DNA of 38,428 nucleotides from Dimargaris cristalligena (lineage: Eukaryota), in contig ML002359.1 of NCBI GenBank assembly GCA_003614675.1, positions 1 to 38,428 on the forward strand, read 5' to 3'. Each line of letters begins with the position of its first letter. Positions within the stretch are counted from its first letter, which is position 1. The notes beneath the pieces were generated by a model. The model saw only the letters and a program-made list of their open reading frames with translations. It was not told the origin of the DNA and searched no databases. Shown here in pieces: positions 32,592 through 38,428 of the stretch. The position numbers and the translations under genes are program-made.

Positions 32592-35500
32592 ATGGATATT
32601 GCCGAGTTGGTCGACCACGACCACCCGGATAGCACAGACCGTCCATTCCGGTGTAACTGGACGGGCTGTTCCAAGGCCTTTACACGCCGCTCGGACCTGG
32701 CACGGCACAGCCGTATCCATACAAATGACCGACCCTTCGCCTGCAACGAACCGGGCTGCGGGAAAAGTTTCATCCAGCGATCCGCCCTCACCGTGCACAT
32801 GCGGACCCACACCGGGGAACGGCCCCACGTCTGCGAGTTCGAAGGCTGCAACAAGAGCTTTAGCGATAGTAGCTCGTTGGCCCGGCATCGTCGGGTACAT
32901 GTCGGAAAACGGTCGTACCGGTGTACCTTTGAATCGTGCAACAAATGGTAGGTTGACCTCCCCACTTTCTATTATATTTTTGGGGTGATTGGCGCGCTCT
33001 TTGTTGATTTGGGTGGTAGGATCCTTTTGGTTAAAGCGAGCTGACTACTGAATGGTGCGGAATATATGGGTTCCAAAGGCGGCGGTTTTTTTCTCTCATA
33101 ATTGGCAAGTGTAAGCCTCTCTCTCTCTCTCCTCAGCTCCTTTACTTTTTCTTGGTCATTTTGACCAAGGTGCTCATTGGTTTTTTACCTTTAGGTGATT
33201 TATTAATAGTGCCTAACCCATTCATTGGGCAAGTCACCCCCCGTTCCAGTGCACCTTTCCCTCCCTATTCCGAAAGCCTATTAAGTGGCTGGGCCATGAT
33301 GGTGCTTGGGGGGAGCTCCTCGGTTCGGTTCCATGGCCAAGGCATGGACACCACCTGAGAAGGCTGTTATACGTAAGGAGAAGGGGAGGCATAAAAGCCA
33401 GTTCGTTTCTGGAATCTGTGCCATAACCCGCTGATCCCCTGAAAATGGGTTGAGTGGGTGGCTTGTCCCATTATTAATTTCGCGGGTCGATCCCCCGGAT
33501 CCGCACTGGGCCTAATTATTAGGGTCGCTCTTTACTTGCTTTAAGCCTTTCCGTGGATTTCCGGGTGGTGGTGGAGAGGGGGGTCGCCTGTGATCTTTTT
33601 GATATATTATTATTCCTGACCTCCCGGCCACCCACATCCGCCCCCTGTAGCCTGGGGGCTCAACAAATGGCGGCCGGTGGTCTGCAAACATTACGGCAAG
33701 GGCCCGCGGGTAGGAGAGACACCGTTTATACCGGGTGATGCCATTCATTTGGCTTTGTAGTGAATATTTGGCTTGGCTGTAGTCAATGCTTCCATTCTTA
33801 TTTTCATTTTTATTGATTTTGTGTGCGTGCGTGTGAGAGTTTCCGCTGTACACCACGTCTCTTTCTCTCTCTGGCCAAGTACCTTCACCCCACGCCTTGG
33901 CTGTCAGATTCTCCGCACCATAGCATCCCCCTCGTCATATATTCCGCTATCAATTCTTTCATCCGTTTCTGTAACACCGCCCACCGCCACATCTACGCTA
34001 GCAGTTAATGGCAAAATACACTAGACCTCCATGTGCCATCAAATGGCGGTTTTCCATGAACAAAACAGCTGTACTTACCCTAATCCCGGATTATTGACTT
34101 GGCATCCCCACCTTCTATATTTAAACCGCTCCCTAAAACTATAATGTCCCTTGTTTTAGTTTTTGGCGCAAGAGCACCCTTATCAAGCACTATCGGCTAC
34201 ATATGCAAAGCCTCGGCCAATCCGGCGGTTCGGAATCGGCCAGTGCGGTCTCACCATCTGCCCCGGACCCTGGTCCACTTTCAGCCAGCCAGCAGCAGCA
34301 GCACCACCCCTTTGATCCCAGCCGGCGCAACTATACTGGCCCAGGGATATACACCACCTTGACCTCCCCCTCTACTCCTTCAGTAGAGTCATTCAGTTCG
34401 ACGCTATCACCACTACCGACAGTGGCACATGGCTCCTCTGATCAGCCGCCCTACACTCGGATACTAACGACCAGCGACCCCCGACCACCCCCTCCTTCAC
34501 ATGGTCTCACAGACCCCGCCATGTTTCCGTCGCGGCCACCGGCCTACCAGCAGCGCCACCTAAATCCCCCCCAGTCTCCCCTGGCTATGTCTATGTCCAT
34601 GCCAGGCCCATCGGGTCCGCGTCCTTCACCCCTGATGATGCCCCTATACCCACCAGGGGGCGCCTATATGGTCGGATCAAGCCCTAGTAGCCACCCACCG
34701 GGACCGGGGGAAATGGTACGGTTATCCGATTTAACCAATCCCCTGACCCCGTCGAGCGCCAACATCGCGGGGTATCCAACCCAACCGTATACCATGTCCC
34801 CCGGTAGTCCCGGTCCGTATGCTTGGTCGACTCCGGCGTACCTTGGGCCCCTGGCGGGTGGGGGATACCACCCTGCGACGGGCGCCCCTCCGCCGGTCCC
34901 CTATGTAGCTCACCGCCGACCCATGTCCACGGTTCCGGTAGACCGTCAATTGAGCCGGCCCGGTCATCCCTACTTACCCTTTATACCTCCCCCGATCTAT
35001 CCGGCCCCTTACGGCTACCGCCCGTCCTCCCCGTGGAGCCCCCGGGCGCTGGTCTCCCCTCCCTCCACCTCCGCTTCCGCGACCACTCCGGACTCATTAA
35101 TGGGACGGGGTGGCCCCGCGTCGGCCCTTATTCGAACCCCCCACGATGCGCAGCTCCCTCCACTGGCAGGGCTCATCGTCCCGGGTTCGGGTCCGAGCTC
35201 GGCTCCCGCGGAGCGATTCTATCCCGCCCGGTCCCCCCTCCCCCCCTCAGCCTCCCCCGATACCACGGCACCCGCCACTACACCGGTCCTACCCCTTCAT
35301 CATTCGGTCCCATCCCCGCCGGCCATGCTTGATTCGTTTCCCACATCATCTAGCCTAATTGTTGCCGCCGACCCGGTGCTGCCGTCTCTTTCCGCCATGA
35401 CCATCCAAGGCACTCCCGGCCTAAGGTCACCCTTAACCCCCATCCAATCCACGGGGCTCGGACCACCGGGCTCTTCTCCCGGGGGTGGGGCCGCGTCCGC

Positions 35501-35597
35501 CTACTCACCACTATCTGCCGGGTCGAGCCCCATGCCCCAGCGTTACCCATCTTCATCACCTTCTGGTGGAAACAGCTCCTCCTTCGTGCTTGGTTAA
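32592..35597 (+). CDS. C2H2 zinc-finger transcription factor with four N-terminal fingers and a long Pro/Ser-rich tail, about 597 aa; exons 32592-32947 and 34160-35597
   Basis: Fingers 1-3: CNWTGC..FTRRSDLARHSRIH, CNEPGC..FIQRSALTVHMRTH-TGERP, CEFEGC..FSDSSSLARHRRVH. The fourth finger CTFESCNK-C-FWRKSTLIKHYRLH is completed only by splicing TG|GTAGGT (32948) to TTTTAG|T (34159). This joins ORF-track entries 32592..32951 and 34203..35597 in frame. Confidence 0.93.
32948..34159 (+). other. Long (1212 nt) phase-2 intron splitting zinc finger 4
   Basis: GTAGGT donor and TTGTTTTAG acceptor; removal rebuilds a complete C2H2 finger. Confidence 0.88.
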
Positions 35598-38428
35598 TCC
35601 AGCTGAGATCGCCCACACTAGGATAGAAAGGAAAGGGAAGGTGGGATAGAGTGGGGACGTAAATGGCCGACCAGACAATGGTGTATATTGCTTTCTAGGA
35701 TGGCATGATGTCTAGAGGTTTATACACTTTCTAATGACACTCAATTGTCTAATTGACCATTTCCAATGATCCTATACCCACTCGGTGGGCCCCTTTTAGG
35801 GTTATACCTTCATGGGCCCTATTGTTCCGTTCAATTCAACCGCCAGGCTTGCGCCCAACTCCCTGACGGGTACTTCATGCCCGTATTCATCTACCCCCCC
35901 CCTCACGTTTGCATATATCACACTCATTATATTCAGTTGTTCACCCCTTTCATACCATTCGCTTCGATTAGTAGAAACGTTGGGTTCTTCCCCCGGCTGC
36001 CACTGGCCTTAACACTTTTTACCATCCTCATCTGCCTTTTTGTTTCCGTGTCGATTTAACTTACGCATTCAAAATGTACCATAGTTCAATAGTATTACGA
36101 TCCCCCCATTTTTTAAATATGTGATAAATATTCTTTATCCAATAAATGATTGACCAGTTGGCATAGTGTAATTATTTGTTGGGTTGGGCAGTCGTCGTCT
36201 ATCATACACAGGCGCTGAACCCGACCATTAGAGTCCATGAAAACAACCCCAATATTTAGTGGTACATGTGATAACTATTTCCACTAGAAATATACAGTGG
36301 TGCCAATCCGCGGAATTTTTGATGTTGCAATACCAACAAAAAGGTGTCAATTAGGAGTGAATACGCCTCGGAAAGCGATCCCTGTGCGCTGGGGAGGGGG
36401 TACACTCGATTGATCTACCATTTAGTAATATCAATTTTGAAACCATTGTATAGAGGGGTGACATATCACTCCACCAGTGTATCCTTCACTAGTATAAAAA
36501 TGGCGGTCAGACTTGGGGTGTTGTACGGTTGATCCCCAGGCGTCTGGAACCCTTTTTATCTATGGGCCAGGAAATTAGAATGTCGACCCAGATGGGCCAA
36601 TCTGCCCTGAAGTATAGCGTGCCACGAGGTATATAATATAGCGTACGTGATGCCGTTGGTGATTTTTTTAATTTTTTTTTTAAAAAAACAGTTTATCTTG
36701 CTAGCCCAGTGGATAGACACATTTTTGAAACCACTAAGATTCATTCAATTATTTTTTATTAAAGGGATATATGGACTGGCCCTTCCCTAATATTAATGAA
36801 CCTAGTAAAACACACCATTGAACATCCGGTTAATGGGGCACTCTTAACACCATCTGTTACCCGTATTAAGGTATAGTGGTTGTGGTGGATATAAGAGATA
36901 TAAACCACAGCGGCTGTGAAAACACACGCGCGCGATGGTATTGGCCAAGTTAGGGAGTATATTCCAGTTGACATAAATGGCCGGAACAACTTACCTTCTT
37001 CTCTGATCTTTCTTGCTTATACTAATTCGAAATAGTGGATTGTCCTTCTTTCGGATTAATAAGGGAATGAATGACCGACTCACACTGGGCGCTCGAGCCA
37101 AACGTAAAGAAAATGTCGTATTCACATCATTATGTGGGACGATCCTAGTATTTTGGGCTTAAAGTGTTCATGGCATTGGAAATGGCGCTCAAGGCTGGGG
37201 GTATAGCAAATGCGAGGATTCAACTACATGGCCGCTCAATTGGTACCAAGTATATAGTAATACAGTAGACTGGCTCCATTTAGAATAGTAATGCATAGGT
37301 CAGGCAGTGAAGAAAGCGGGGGGGGGGAGGATATAGTGAATATTCCTTAATAAGCGCTTTGGCAGTTCTTAATATACTAGCTCGGGGAGTATGAAAAAGC
37401 GAAACGATAGCATTGCTTGTTCGAAATGGCATCCCGGAGCCAGAGTGTTTATCGACTGGTTTGGATGGAGCGGATTGAGTTTTGACTGGTAATACCCATC
37501 ACCCAGCTGATGACACAGCCTTTGAACGCTGAATTACTAAATAAGTCGGTTGGTGGGTGTACGCTTTGAGCGGCCTAGATAGTATCCATACACCAGCGGA
37601 AATGGGAAGTGGGGAAGCACTTCATCAGCTATTCTATTTTTAGTCTTCGCCTTTCTGATGAGCGTATTTAAACCAGTTTGGCTAGCGGACCAGCGATAGT
37701 TGGAACAGCCCATAAGCCCCCTTTTCGGCACTAGCTTTTATTCTAAAAACAAAACACTGCCCTTTAACTAACGTTGACTTTCAGGGCGGGATGTGGTTTG
37801 GTCATATTGAGGGATACCAGTTTTGAGGGGTTTGGTTATGATTCCCACCTTGGTCACCCACCGCTTCATCTGCTTAGATTAACAAGCCATGGGAAGCACC
37901 TGAGGTACAATTGTAGAAGGTCTGTTTGTATTAGCATCGTCTGAAGCAAAGAAATGGTGTCCCCTGCACCAGCAATCGACAAAACTGATACTGAGGTGCA
38001 TGTAAAAATAAACCATGGCCACGGCCACTCCCACTAAAGCCGGCCGTCTTAGACACAGGTGGCCATGCTTTAGGAGTGCTTTATTGTTCGGACCAGAACT
38101 GCGATTACCACTTTCCATGATTTATCTATCCCTGTGGCAAAATCAAGTAAAATAGCAGTCCCAAACAACAAAGATAAGCTGTTAGCCGAGATAAAAATAG
38201 TCTGGGAATCGGGAAAGGCTTACCATTCCCTACCTTATGAATGCGGTATTAACAATGGTATTGAGCTATTTAATAGGCCGCAGGCGACTCCGTCCTAGTC
38301 AGAGTATGAGGGGTGTGTATTGGCAGCTTCCTTATCCACTATACTTTGTTCAACCAAAATTCCCTCGGTGATTTTTTTTTCACCTTCAAAATTACTTTTA
38401 ATAGTACTATGTACATTCCGAAATGTAT

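Noticed and set aside
33823..34008. Cys/His-containing ORF in the long intron, considered as an alternative finger-4 exon
   Set aside because: Spacing does not give F-x5-L-x2-H-x3-H, and the acceptor is poor

Overview
Eukaryotic, fungal-type genomic DNA with GT-AG introns, microsatellites and low-complexity protein inserts. My impression is an early-diverging fungus, which cannot be proven here. Five protein-coding genes are supportable: (1) an intronless, divergent ABCB-type half transporter on the minus strand (1834-4692); (2) the CCAAT-binding complex subunit NF-YC/HAP5 with a long low-complexity, His10-containing tail (8134-9645); (3) mitochondrial Glu-tRNA(Gln) amidotransferase subunit B, PET112/GatB (2 exons, 10407-12519); (4) MICOS subunit MIC19 (3 exons, 13069-14060); (5) a four-finger C2H2 transcription factor with a Pro/Ser-rich tail (2 exons, 32592-35597). 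The C2H2 gene is preceded by about 18.5 kb with no recognisable gene. The most unexpected signal is non-coding: a diverged head-to-tail repeat of about 212 bp period at 5389-5810, with fainter copies upstream. Its copies keep the same hairpins through compensatory base changes, which suggests an array of structured RNAs. No tRNA, rRNA, CRISPR array or intact transposon was recognised. All analysis was by eye.
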